Positions 1 through 11,800 of a stretch of DNA of 64,000 bases are shown piece after piece. The translations under genes were made by a program, and so were the position numbers. The first letter of the stretch is position 1. The number at the start of each line of letters is the position of its first letter. This stretch comes from Hydrolagus affinis (taxonomy: Eukaryota): contig JAAILG010000349.1 of NCBI GenBank assembly GCA_012026655.1, positions 1 through 64,000 of the forward strand, given 5' to 3'. The notes under the pieces are model-generated. The model saw only the letters and a program-made list of their open reading frames with translations, was not told where the DNA came from and searched no databases.

Positions 1-393
1 TGCTAGACTAGGATTTGTCGTTTTGCATGGGGATCAAAGTAATGGATATTTGTGCTTGGAATTAATGTTTATTTTGTTCTCAGTAATCTTGTATTCTATG
101 AATTCTCAAAGGTCTCTCTACTCCTCTATGATCATAATTTAGGATTTTAGAATGAAGTGGGTTTGCTGAAGCATTCTGTATGCACTTAAAAGTACTATGC
201 CTGAAGTACAGTGGTACAATTGAACGATAATTCTCCACTCAGGTAAAATCTGTCTTAAATGTTTTATTGTGGATTGTTTCATATTGAAGGAGAGGTTCAT
301 AGAAAAATCGAATGCAAACTCCTGGCACAAGGTGGAAACTTGGCTGCTTCCAGAGAATAACTGATTGTTTTTTTTCTTCTGTTTTGAATCTAG

Positions 394-606
394 ATTCCAC
401 GTTCAATGAAACAGTACAAAGTGTCCAGCATTGATTCTGCAAGTATCTTACTGGTCATTAATGGAGAAGCCACATCTGTTGGCAGCTCATCGCAAATCTG
501 CTTGAAGCGAGGATCCATACTCTTTATTGCAGCCAGTGAAACATTTTGCTTAAATATTAGCTCTGACAATGGAATGCTGGTGTTCCGGGCATGCTGTCTG
601 TTGTAA
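394..606 (+). CDS. MPI: Mannose-6-phosphate isomerase, last coding exon
   Basis: Acceptor ttttgaatctag at 392-393. Translates IPRSMKQYKVSSIDSASILLV...RGSILFIAASE...MLVFRACCLL*, matching the recalled human MPI C-terminus (LDSASILL...RGGVLFIGANE...LLIFRACCLL). AATAAA at 981-986. Confidence 0.93.
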   Translation: MPRSMKQYKVSSIDSASILLVINGEATSVGSSSQICLKRGSILFIAASETFCLNISSDNGMLVFRACCLL

Positions 607-1762
607 TTTCCTTAAAACCTCATTCTGTGTAGTGTTAAATGCAATACACTGTAGTAATGTAGGCCAGTGAATAGAATATAACAGGACAATTCATATAAAT
701 ACTTGAAAAGTTCTTACACTGAGATACAATTTTTACATGTTTTTTCTTATACTTTATAATTGAATATTTGTTCATATTTTCAATTCTCAAAACTAGTTTG
801 CTCAACTTTTGATGATTGCAGGGATGTTGCAATGTTCACAGTAGAAGTATATTTCAGTTTCACCTACGCATCTTCAAGTTTGGTTTTACATGCAGCCACA
901 ATCTAACAAGGACACATTTTCAAAAATAGTTGGACTGTTGAATTCTGGCTTTCACGAAATGTTATAGCAAGCATTTCTGCAATAAAAATGGAACCCCAAA
1001 TTAAACACATTTACTTCTCCCTTCACACAAACTATGAAGGACAGCACTTCTAATACTACAACCCTATTCCAGTGCTGCAGAGGTGTGTCTATATCCTGAA
1101 TGCTAGGCCTATTTCTGTACTAATAGTGTTTTAAGATGCACAGAATTTTTTTAATACAACTCTTACCTCAAAGCATAAACATTGTAATGGCTAACATACA
1201 AACATTGTGGACCTATTCTATATCTTAAATAAAATAAAAATTTCTAAGAGTATAATTCACTCACAAAACACATAGTCACTGCACTTTACAATATATCCTA
1301 GGAAGGGTTTTGAGACATTCTCCATATGTGAAAGGGTTTTAGCAAGTATAAGGATTGTTGTAATTAAGAGAAGACTTAAGACGTTTCTCAGCTTTGAGGT
1401 CAAAAATATTAAACCTAGTTTGACTACATGTTTTAAGCTATCTGAACAGTATATATCAGGAAGGGAAGAGGTAACTGATTCTGAAAAAACAGCAGAAGTA
1501 TTGCAGGCATTTTTAAAATAAAAATTATTTGCAAAATTTCTCTCCACTGGATCTACCTCTGTTCCTGGTCCCCAGCCTCGTCAAGATGGGAAGCAATTCA
1601 ACAGATGCTGTTCTATAGATACCCCATCCCAAATGATCAATGTGGATGCATGTGCCTCAGTGGTGAATGTTCAGTCCACATAACAGGACAGCAATCACAA
1701 TCTTACCTCTTCACCACCTGTCTGGCTCATCAATGAGACTTAGCTGCTATTACATGATATAG

Positions 1763-1940
1763 ATAAATTGATCATTTCAATCCACGACTGTGGGACACTG
1801 CTGTGTGCAATTGGCTGCTGTGTTTCGCCCACATATATACAGTCAATGCACCTCACAGTATATTCTGTGAAGCGCTTTGAGACATCTAGAAGGTGTGAAA
1901 AGAGCGATATCAAGTGCAAGGATTATTATTATTATTATTA
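1763..1940 (+). mobile_element. SINE family A copy, 5'-truncated
   Basis: Matches the 3' half of the full copy at 49959-50269 (caattggctgctg...aagcgctttgagac...tgcaaggat(tat)n). Ends approximate. Confidence 0.85.
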
Positions 1941-2624
1941 TAGAAATCTTAGAATTTTCAAGAGGAAAAACTGCCCTGTTTGCATTAAAGATTTGTGAAA
2001 TGTTTGAAAATCTAAGGAAACAAAATATTTGTAGACAGGTTAAAACTCAGCGAGCAAAGGAAAATGACAACTATTGAATCATTTCATTATCAAGCATCTG
2101 TAAGATTAAAGAGGGATTTAATACTAATAGCAATATCAATAAGGTTAAAGTGACTGTGGCTAACTTTTGTTTTGTGTGTTTTTGTTTAAAAAGTTTAAAA
2201 ACAGATAAATGTTAGTTATGTTTTGGTTTGATGTTCTGCACCATAGTTTGCATATTAATATGTTTGATGTTGAGATATATTTGATTTGTATTCCCTCCAC
2301 ACCTGTTTGTTAATATCTGTCTTTGGCAGTGGAACAGTTGTATCCAAGACACTCCTTTGTTTGTTCTTTCTTTCTGGATTCATGAAACCACTGCGTATCA
2401 ATTTAAAGAAGGGAGTATCATGAACCAGAAGGTGACTAATATGTATAACAACCTGTAATGCAGTGTAATGTCTCGTGAATTGTAAACGTGCCAGGAAATA
2501 GTTAGAGGTAATTTGTCCATTCACTTGGGTAGTTAAAATTTATGGCGTCATCTCACGACCAATTGCTGGAGTATGAAATTATTTGAAATCATAAATATTT
2601 TTACTGAAGTTTTTTTTCCTAAGA

Positions 2625-3355
2625 TGCCGGTGGTATTCTACCCTCAACTGTCCTTTCTTCCCCATATGCGTGCCATGACTACCACCGCTTTTCACCACCT
2701 CCGCAATGTTGCCCAACTCCATCACTGCCTCACCCCCACCAAGCAGTCGAAACCCTCATACATGCATTTGTCACCTCAGGGCTTGACTACGGAAACTCCC
2801 TCCTTGGCGGCCTCCCCAACTCTTCCCTCCACAAGGTGCAGATCATCCAAAACTGCAGCATGTGCCCTCTCCCGCACCAGACTGTGACGCCATCACCCTG
2901 ACTCTTGCCTGACTCCACTGGCTTCCTATCCCTCAAAGGATATAATTCAAAATCCTCGCCTCATTTTTAAGGCACCCCATGGCCTTGTCCCCACCTACCT
3001 CTGACCCGCTGACCCCCTATCAACTTGTCCACTCTATTCAGCAGGCTCTGGGCTGCTCCATGTCACCTGCCCGACTAGCCCCACCATCAATGACTAGGAG
3101 TTCAGGCTCCCTGTCCCATCTCTTTGGATCTCTGTCACACAATCCCTTGGCTTTGCTCGCTCCCTCACCTCCTTCAGGGCTGGTCTCAAGACCCTCTTTG
3201 TATCTTCAGCTGCTATCTTGCCTCTCTGCCCTCCCTCATCCCAACCCTGCCTCCCACCCCTTAAGCTCGGGTCTGGACTCCTGACTGTTTAGCGCTTTGA
3301 GACGTCCTCCTGACCTGAAAGGCATTCTACAAATGTAGTTTTGTGTTGTATTGCT
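2625..3355 (+). mobile_element. L2-clade LINE 3' fragment (degenerate ORF2 C-terminus plus 3' tail)
   Basis: Frameshifted peptides VVFYPQLSFLPHMRA...AFHHLRNVA / ETLIHAFVTSGLDYGNSLLGGLP / LHWLPIPQRI, typical of the L2 ORF2 C-terminus. Tail tagcgctttgagacgtcc...gaaaggcattctacaaatg. Confidence 0.85.
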
Positions 3356-3598
3356 GTGTTGTCTGGCAATAAGATGCAGAATGTCAAATTACTGATGTGC
3401 ACATTTTGTAATAAAATGAATGACTCCAGACATAACCATAACTCAATGTTTTTGTTTCTTTTCACGACAACAGTAATGTTTTCAAACGGCATCAACCTGA
3501 TATTTCCTGTCTGAGAAAATACCAAACGGGGCACCATGATTTAATTAGAAAACTTGTTTACATTCTCACGAAGTTTATCAAAGGAATTACGTTTTACA

Positions 3599-3728
3599 TT
3601 TCGCCCACATATATACAGTAGTTAATTCACTTTACAGTATAGTCTGTGAAATGCTTTGAGATGTCTAGAAGGCGTGAAATATAAAATGAATGAGTGCTAT
3701 ATAAAATGAACAGATTTATTATTATTAT
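3599..3728 (+). mobile_element. SINE family A 3' fragment
   Basis: tttcgcccacatatatacag...gctttgagatgtctagaaggcgtgaa...ttattattatt. Confidence 0.75.
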
Positions 3729-3819
3729 GGAAAGCTTACAATTTTCACAGGAAGATTATTGTTAATATTACTATGAAAGTCATTGCTTTAAAGGAACCAT
3801 TGTCCTGTGCTGTCTTGCC

Positions 3820-4460
3820 CTCTGCATCAGCCAGAGGGCGCTGCGGTGCCACAGATACCCCCCACCAGCAGGCGGCGCTGCGGCGGTTACAAACCATTTC
3901 CGTTGATGGTGAGGTCGGCTCGGCCAGACCGGAGTTGCTGGCGCTGAGTGAGCTTGTCTGTCCCTGTGTTAATATCCCCCGGGCCGGGAGAGGCCGAAGA
4001 CGATGCGCTACCAGCCGCTGCCTACAAGCGAGCGCAGCTTGGGGCCTGGTGGGGCCGCCTTCCACTACAGCATGAAAGTCACCGAGTCCGGGTCAGCGGG
4101 GACAGGTGAGGGAGGGCGAGGCCTAATCCACTGGTGGGGAGGGGGTGGGGGTATGTCGTGTGGGCGGGATCTCTATCGCTGGGGTGGCGGGGTGTACAGG
4201 TGAGGGAACAACCCAGCGACAGATACACCTGGGGTGGGACAGGTGGGGTCTCCCTCAGGTGCCTTGACATAAATACCCATCGCCTCGCTTAACAGCCTCC
4301 AAACCCGACGGAGACGGAGAGAACCCTGCGTCCCACCCCCACATGGAAATGATGGATGTTTATTGGTATGGAACGTACACTCCCCCCCCACCCCCCCCCC
4401 CACCTTGTCCCCTTGTGTCCCCCCCCCCCCACCACCCCCTCCCCCTCCCCCTCGGGAGGG
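3820..4460 (+). promoter_or_regulatory. GC/CpG-rich promoter and exon 1 region of STOML1
   Basis: Abrupt GC/CpG enrichment around the STOML1 start codon against an AT-rich background. Confidence 0.65.
4003..4105 (+). CDS. STOML1: Stomatin-like protein 1, coding exon 1
   Basis: ATG 4003, MRYQPLP... (human MLGRSGYRALP). Donor CAG|GTGAGG, phase 1, which fits exon 2. Confidence 0.8.
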
Positions 4461-4813
4461 ACTCACTCCTGCTTTTGTGGACCAGCTGCAAGAACTTGGG
4501 GACCCCAGGGTGTGTGTGGAGGTGCTGCTGGAGTCTTAACCGAGTAAAACCGCATAGCTTCCAATCTGCCCTTCCAAGTCCTGCCGATAAGTTAGGCTGG
4601 TTGGGCTGCCATCAGCAGGTGTAGTGCAACAGGTGTGGTGACTGTATTTGCAGGCCAACCTGGCAGCTGGTTTGTGCACATTGAAGTCTCACACCGATCA
4701 GTTTTACCTGGAGGATTCTTGGTCAATGCCACTGGGAGAATCTCCTCCCTCATTTCAAATGGTGTCATGGAATATTTAGCTTCCACTGCTTTCAAATTCT
4801 TCCTTATTTTTAG

Positions 4814-4920
4814 ATCAGAGGCAGGGTTGGATGTCAAGGATTTGCAATGGCTTCGTGACATCTCTTATTTTTTTTATGATACTCGTCACCTTTCCAATCT
4901 CACTGTGGTTTGCTATAAAG
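4814..4920 (+). CDS. STOML1: STOML1 exon 2 (hydrophobic hairpin anchor)
   Basis: tttttag|AT... encodes DQRQGWMSRICNGFVTSLIFFMILVTFPISLWFAIK|gtacgt (human ...LLLLVTFPISGWFALK). 107 nt. Confidence 0.92.
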
Positions 4921-4984
4921 GTACGTATGCAATGCTACAGATGTACAGTAGTTTATAATGTTGAATGGGAGGTAGAATGCTCAT

Positions 4985-5225
4985 GTTATTGAGACATCCC
5001 AAAACATGCTGTAAAGTGAATTGACTATATTTGTGGGCGAAACGCGGCTGCTAATTGCGCACAGCTGTGTCCCACAAACAGTCGTGGATTGAAGTGACCA
5101 GTTTTATTATTGTTTTCTTTTTGAGGGCTTGTGGAGAAAGGAAACTTGCCCAAGGTTCCTCCCTGCAGGGAATTGAACCCAGATTTCACGCTTGCGAGGC
5201 CAGTGCTCTTACCACGGAGCTACAT
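4985..5225 (-). mobile_element. SINE family A copy with tRNA-like head (STOML1 intron 2)
   Basis: Reverse complement reads tgtagctccgtggtaagagcactggcc...ctgggttcaattccc...cttgggcaagtttcc...caatccacgactgtttgtgggac...tttcgcccac. Confidence 0.8.
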
Positions 5226-5633
5226 TACTGAGCAACAGGACTTGTGTTGAAATTCTCAAGGGCATCACACATAACAATTGTCTGGAGTAGGCAGCAGCAC
5301 AGTCAGTCCGCCAATCCTTTTCCTGCCGGACATCTATACTTTGCATCGGGATCTCTGGATAGGGGTCAGGAATAGGGAACCTGGCATTTTTGTATTCCTT
5401 TCCCAGGTCAACTTTAGCTGCTGCTACATGCTGTCCAGGCAGAGATCAACCCAGAATTGTTTTGGTTTAAATCCATAACAAATACTTTATTGTCCTCCTC
5501 TTCTCGAGGTGGTGGATCACTATGGAATCCAGTTTCACGAATGCTGGTCTTCTACCATGTCATTGAACAATTGATACCTTGTTGATGTTTCTAATTTGAA
5601 TGAACGGTAAAGTACTTGTCTTTATGCTTGCAG

Positions 5634-5783
5634 ACTGTACCGAGCTACAAGAGGCTTGTCTTATTCCGCTTAGGAAGAATCAAAGGCTCCAAAGGCCCCG
5701 GTATGGTCTTTGTGTTGCCTTGCATTGATCACATTCAGCAAGTCGATATCAGGACGAGAGCTCTCAGTGTTCCACCTTGTAAG
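5634..5783 (+). CDS. STOML1: STOML1 exon 3 (SPFH/band 7 domain)
   Basis: TVPSYKRLVLFRLGRIKGSKGPGMVFVLPCIDHIQQVDIRTRALSVPPCK; AG/GT boundaries; 150 nt. Confidence 0.95.
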
Positions 5784-6398
5784 GTACTTAGGCCTTCAGT
5801 GTTGATAACTATTGGAGGAGGGAGGGAAACACCCATTCAAAAATAACCTGAGGCTGGTGATTGTTGCATTTGTGCCCTTCCTGATCTGTTAAAAAACCTG
5901 TTTAGTACAACCTTATCTGCACCCTCAGTATTCCGGCTGTATCACGTTTCCCTTTTTGTCTTCTGGTGCATCTGATAACATGATAAAATCCATATTAAAA
6001 ATCTGATAACTGCTTAAATGTCAGCTATCATACAATTAACCTTTCTGATTGAATAATGTTTTCCTTTTAAAATTCTTCAAATACACCTGCACTGACCACT
6101 ACTTTTTAAACAAGAAACCTCTCTGAAGCTGCATGAACAATTCACAGGGAGAGCACTTCACCTCGCTCCATGAGAGGTCTACTTTCTTTGGTCGGTGATG
6201 GCAGAGAGCAAGTGGCCTAGAAGAATGGATAAAACAAAATTGCAGATTGTTTATTTTCATCTGCAGCATCCTCCTTCTGGCATAATCTCATTATACTTGT
6301 AAATAGTAAATGACATACTGGATATAACTGAACCCCCAAACTTGATTTCTATTGAGCTAACATTCACAAAGCTAAATTTACATCCTCCCTTGAAACAG

Positions 6399-6602
6399 AT
6401 CACATCCAAAGATGAAGCGTTGGTCTCGGTGGGTGCAGAAGTGCAATTTCGGATTTGGAATCCGGTCTTGTCTGTGATTGCAGTCCAGGATTTAAACAGC
6501 TCCTCTCAGCTCACTGCCCAGAACATAATGACTGGAATTCTCCTTAAGAAAAGCTTAAAGGAAATTCAAATGGAAAAGATGAAAATTGGAGAAGAGTTAA
6601 TG
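6399..6602 (+). CDS. STOML1: STOML1 exon 4 (SPFH domain)
   Basis: ITSKDEALVSVGAEVQFRIWNPVLSV...EIQMEKMKIGEELM|gtaagg; 204 nt. Confidence 0.95.
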
Positions 6603-6760
6603 GTAAGGCTGTCTATTGCTTACTGTGTAAAGAACAGAGGGAGCAGGGATGGTTCCTGGTATTGCTTTGCAACCCAGCAACATTGCATTTTGAAACAGGA
6701 ATGTCTTATACGAAAAGTTCTATATTTGTCTAAAACTTGTCTGTATTTTGGTACATATAG

Positions 6761-6974
6761 CTTGAAATCAATGAGAGGACTAAACCGTGGGGCATAGAAG
6801 TGGATCGAGTGGAATTAATTCTGGATGCAGTGTTAAAGCCAGCCCGAGAAATCGTGTCATCAGCACCTCTGTTGAATCCGTCTCCCTTTGGACTGGAGGG
6901 GCAGCCTGCACCTGTTCAACACCTAACTATGCATTTCATAGGCAATAGCCCCTTAAAACCTTCTCCAACCGAAG
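6761..6974 (+). CDS. STOML1: STOML1 exon 5
   Basis: LEINERTKPWGIEVDRVELILDAVLKP...VQHLTMHFIG... (human LEINDVTRAWGLEVDRVEL); donor AAG|GTTAGA. Confidence 0.9.
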
Positions 6975-7565
6975 GTTAGACTGAATACTTCACTCTACAC
7001 TCAATATGTATATCTCGTAATTGTATTTTAATTTCAAGTCAAACATTGTGCGGTAGCAGTAAATAAACGAAACAGGATGCAGGAGTCCACTGGCAAACTA
7101 GCTAAGTTTCATTCTCAAGAGTCTGTGCTTAAGCTGCAAAGTACAGTTAGTTGTTCCTGCCTTGCAGAGTGCAGTTCTATTTGTTGGAAAATCCCAGAGG
7201 CAGAGCAGAAGAAGAGAGCAACAAGGCTGATGGACAGTTTTAGGGGTATGAGGAATGACTAGATAAGCAAGAGTGAAGCTAGACTCGACCTCTCTTAGTC
7301 AGGGAGGAAAAGAGGGGGAGTTTGAGCGTTGACCAAAAGAACAAAGAGATGTAGTTGAGGGATAGCTTTCAAGAGAACTTTGAAATCAGGGAGAAATGTG
7401 CAAAGTGAAGGGATTTTAGAGAGACTTTTAGAAAGCATTATGACTTCAGGCTTGGCCACAGATAAAGAAATGAAGAAGTGAGGAAGAAACAATTTACCAC
7501 TATTGCAAGTCTGATGCGCTTGTTCCGAGTTTATTTTTTCCTGAGTTTTGGGATTTCTGTTATAG

Positions 7566-7772
7566 AAATAGCGCAGGCTGTGTGTGACAACCCTGCGGAC
7601 GAACCCAAATTGCCCAAGGAAAGCTCCAAACTTTCTATCGGAGATGAAATACTTGTTAAGGTGAATCAGGCGATTTCTGATGGAATAGTCAAACAAATTG
7701 GAGCCTGCTTCCTCTTCACCATCACCCTCAGGGATGGAAGTCGGACATCATATTACCTGGACCTCACCAGAA
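7566..7772 (+). CDS. STOML1: STOML1 exon 6 (start of SCP2 domain)
   Basis: ...ISDGIVKQIGACFLFTITLRDGSRTSYYLDLTR (human VSQVGACYQF...YFLDLT); donor gtgagt; phase 1 to phase 1. Confidence 0.88.
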
Positions 7773-8145
7773 GTGAGTTTTACCCTGACATTGACATTGT
7801 GGAATGAAGAGCACACGAACATGTGCAAAGCTTAACTATATTTATACGTCTTATGACTGTAACACATTGAGACAATGTAATCCTCAATAGACTTAGGATG
7901 ACGCCCACACAAAGTAATTTTCCTGTGTTCCAAGACACCATGAGTGGGTGGGAAGCATGGAGCTGTTAGATTTGGGTACTCTTAAGCATGATGATTGATT
8001 GATTGATTTTCTCCAGTTGCCTGTCGCTCCGCTGACCAAAAATATAATAGACTGAGGATTAAGGGATGGATCTCAGTAATAAAAGTGACGGTCATGTAAG
8101 TTTGTCAGTGATGATCCTTGTGGCTTCCCCTTTGCTCTACTCTAG

Positions 8146-8354
8146 GCTGTTGTAGGGCTGGGCATGGCAAACCTGAGCGGAGTCCTGATGTGATACTGGA
8201 AATGAGTGAGGGCGACATGAAAGCGATATTCAATGGCAACCTGAAGCCTCTGGCAGCCTACATGAGCGGGCGTTTGCGAGTACATGGAGATCTAAAAACC
8301 GCCATGAAGCTGGAGGAGCTGATCAAGATGTTGAAACAGAATACGCAGGTCTGA
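8146..8354 (+). CDS. STOML1: STOML1 exon 7 (SCP2 sterol-binding domain C-terminus, stop)
   Basis: GHGKPERSPDVILEMSEGD...LKPLAAYMSGRLRVHGDLKTAMKLEE. Summed CDS 1194 nt = 397 aa. AATAAA at 8423-8428. Confidence 0.95.
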
Positions 8355-8734
8355 CTCTGCTTACTTCAGAGTTGTATATACCGTGGATGACTTAGCTTTT
8401 ACTTGATTCTTAATATGTTGTCAATAAAATAACAAGTAACTCATAAGACCAGAAATCCAATGCAGAAGAAATAAATTTGTGCAGAACCATATCAGACTTC
8501 AGGTCCTGGGTCACTCCCTCTCTCACTCAGTTCTGTCACGCTTCCTCTATGATGCCCTATATATCTGATTAATCCTCTTCGAATGTCTCCCTTCCTCCTG
8601 AAAGGATCCTCTGATTGATACCCTGCTCAAGTGGGCATTTTTCATGTATGAGTTTGAACAAGGAATGTTGGAGGGCAGGGGGAATCACTCAGCCAGATCC
8701 TACACTTTCTGGACATGCAGCTTCCTGTATTTTT

Positions 8735-8850
8735 CCAGTATTGAGTCACTGGGTAGTGATCAGGACCTGGTCAATTTAACCCCCTCCTCTCCCTAACCAA
8801 GTGCGGCTGAGGTCAATCATAGTGTCCTTAATGCTGCCCTGACTAACAAC
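8735..8850 (-). mobile_element. Fragment of an old interspersed repeat, probably a SINE
   Basis: Reverse complement (cagggcagcattaaggacactatgattgacctcag...) resembles the reverse complement of 15430-15540 (ccagggcagttcagtattggtgggcttgtaattggtctcag). Confidence 0.4.
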
Positions 8851-11800
8851 AACATTGCATTACATTTGTATAGTGCCTTTCACCTCGGGTGGACCTCCCA
8901 AGGCACTGACTAAGGTCAGCTATCTCACTTTCTCAGTTATTTTGTTCATTTTTTACCATGAGTAATGTCTAAAGCGCTGGCAAGAGTTTTAAGTACAGTT
9001 GTAATTTAATCTGATCCCAGCGGCTGATGATGTTCAGACCCTATGATTAAATTACAGCTTTTGCGGCTGACTGCTGGCAGATCTGAACCCATTGTAAGGG
9101 AGGGTTTCTATTTGGACTGTGAGTTGAGTCAGTAAATTCCATTTAAAGCCGAGCTGCTCCGCTGTTTTATACTTTGTCTTCAGGGAAAGTTCCTATTCAA
9201 TAGTTTTTTTTTGTATTAAATGATATTTTAAGTGCACGTCATAAATTGTAATTCCCTTTTTGTTGCTATGATGATTCACTCTCTGCCTCCGTGATTCCAT
9301 CTTCCCTCCTGATCAGGGGAGTAAAAGAATAAATTCTTGACCACGATTTGTTGGTTCACCTTTGAAACAACAATTTAACGTGGAGTTAAGTGCATTCCAA
9401 TATACCTTGCTGCGGGGATCTGACCGTGACTCTATTTCAAGGCTTTGATTTGTTGTATTGTATTTTCTTCATATTGAATAAATTAATTCTTGTTTTTGAT
9501 AGTGTCTTACCACATAAAAGCATCCAAAGTGCTAGAATTATTACTATTTTAAAGGGTAATATTGTTATATGGGACAAATGTGATATAAAAAATATTGGCC
9601 AAGACACTCAGTTACCTTGTATACATGCAACCTCAGTGCCCTGGAATCTGCATTTCTGTTCATTTTACTTGACTTTGGGATATATGTTGTGAATGCCTTT
9701 GTATGGGCTGACTGTATTCTCTCTGCAATTTGATACGAAAACTTTCGACACCAGAAAAAGATATTTGTCTGTAAAATGTATTTATCCACTGTAAAATAAA
9801 AATTGTTTTAGACTTTTAACACTGTTTGATTTAGCGTTTTTATAGTATTGGGCTGGAAGTTGTTTTTGTTGAGTACTGTACAGTGAAACTCGCTGATATG
9901 GAAGCATAGCCGAATTTCCCTCCACTGCCAAAGAGCGACTACCTCAGTTCTATTGCCCCTTTCATTGTATTTGAAAATAAATAAATGAGGATAAACTCCA
10001 TAATGTCTCAAGGGAATATTAGTGATTGCATTAGTAGTGAACTGAGTGCTTCCTGTTCTGTCAAGACACGGTCTCACAGATTCCCAGTCGCTCGTTCACA
10101 CACATACACACACAGATATGTTGGGACGCACTGTTCGTGCAGGCAGATTGTTATAAAATATTGCTATGCAGTCGCTCAAGCTTTTGTTACGGGATGTGTG
10201 TTATTTTGGATTCGAGCAATTGAACTGGAGCGAGCGTTAGGTGTGTTAGGCGATGTCATGTGAAGTCACTGTTGTATTTGGTGCAGTTTTGTTTCTCAAC
10301 GTGAGGTGGCGACAGATTGCAGGACATTGCACAGACAGAAAGGGTTCGGGTGAGAGGTGGGAATGGGGTAACTGGAGGGAGGGACGAGAAGGGTTACCTT
10401 CCATCAATTATCTTTCAGGCATGTGTTCTGTGTAATGCCGCTAAGTCATGTTTTATATTAGCAGTAGATGCAAACACAAAATGCGTTGATGATGTAGTTT
10501 TGCACAGCAAAGGGGCAGAATAAGGATCTAAAACACCGCCTAATAACCAATCATGTTTGGCCCGAACAAAACATATTTTCAGGTTAATATGCGGGTTGCA
10601 CAATACATTCACTTTTAATATAAATATCCTTCATTCGTTTGTGGAGAAGTACTCTGAGAAACATTAACTAAGCAATAATTCAGAGAATACTAAGGATTTA
10701 AAAATAGAAGATATATTTTTATCAGAACTGGAAATACTGTAAATCTATTCATTCATGCATTTAATATCAGGGATGTTTTTTAAAAAAAGACATCCACGAT
10801 AGGTTGTAATCCCCACTTTAATTGCTAACTCACGCGCCAATCCAAAGCAATTATATATTGTAATTGGAGATAAATAGATTTTTTTTTCCCCTGAAGATCA
10901 AAATACGATCGTTTTGCCATGAATGTTCAACGTTTTTAAATTTCAACGGGCTGGAAAAAAAAAAGTACCTTAATGTACGGGGATCAGGCTTATTAAAGTT
11001 TAAACAAGTAGCAAATTGGATTCGTGACAAAAAGCCGCTTGCCCATTCCGCATCTCTGCAAACTATCGCAGTCATTTCAATTCACTGCAGGCCTCTTGAA
11101 TCCGTGGGCAATAGACAAGGCAACAGCTGTTGCCGTGTGTAACAAATAACAGTAATCACCAACACATTCTGACTAATCCCTACACTACACCTATAGTCAA
11201 ATATTTACAATAAAGGTTTATCTATTATGCGATAAGATCGTCTCTCCCATTCCCAGGGTCTTATGAATTCTGTTATTTTTATTCATTTGTTTAGTCAAAA
11301 CAGGAAAACAGTAGAATCATTAAAAAATAATATTTTCGCTTATGCTTTTCTCTCACTGATTGTCTTTGTTATTCTAACCGGTGGGCGATATTTGACATGT
11401 TATTTTGATGCCTTGCAATCAGCTGTCCCCCCCCCACACACACACACACACACACACAATATTGTTATGTTAACAGTATATTCTCAAGTTATATTTAAAA
11501 ATGTGTTTATTTGTAACCCACGCCTGCAAACACACAGTCACTGCATTCGACAGCAAACGTCTGAAGCGGACAATTAGTCGTTCTCTGAATCTCATATTTA
11601 AGGACTGATATTTATTGTTATTTTAAGCCCCATTCCCCAATTATCGACTTTCGATTCTCTTTCCATTCATTGGAAATTCCAGGCTGATTAAAACGGTCCA
11701 GGCACCGTCCCAAATAAACGGTTCCAAGACAGACAACGTTATAAATAATAATACCAGCACAAATAACAAGATAAGGTTTGCGTTTGATACACCGAGGACG

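Noticed and set aside
1768-1998. Recurrent short ORFs such as ...SVKRFETSRRCEK...KCKDYYYY (also 47096-47308 and 61093-61335)
   Set aside because: They are translations of the repeated SINE tail, not a peptide gene family.
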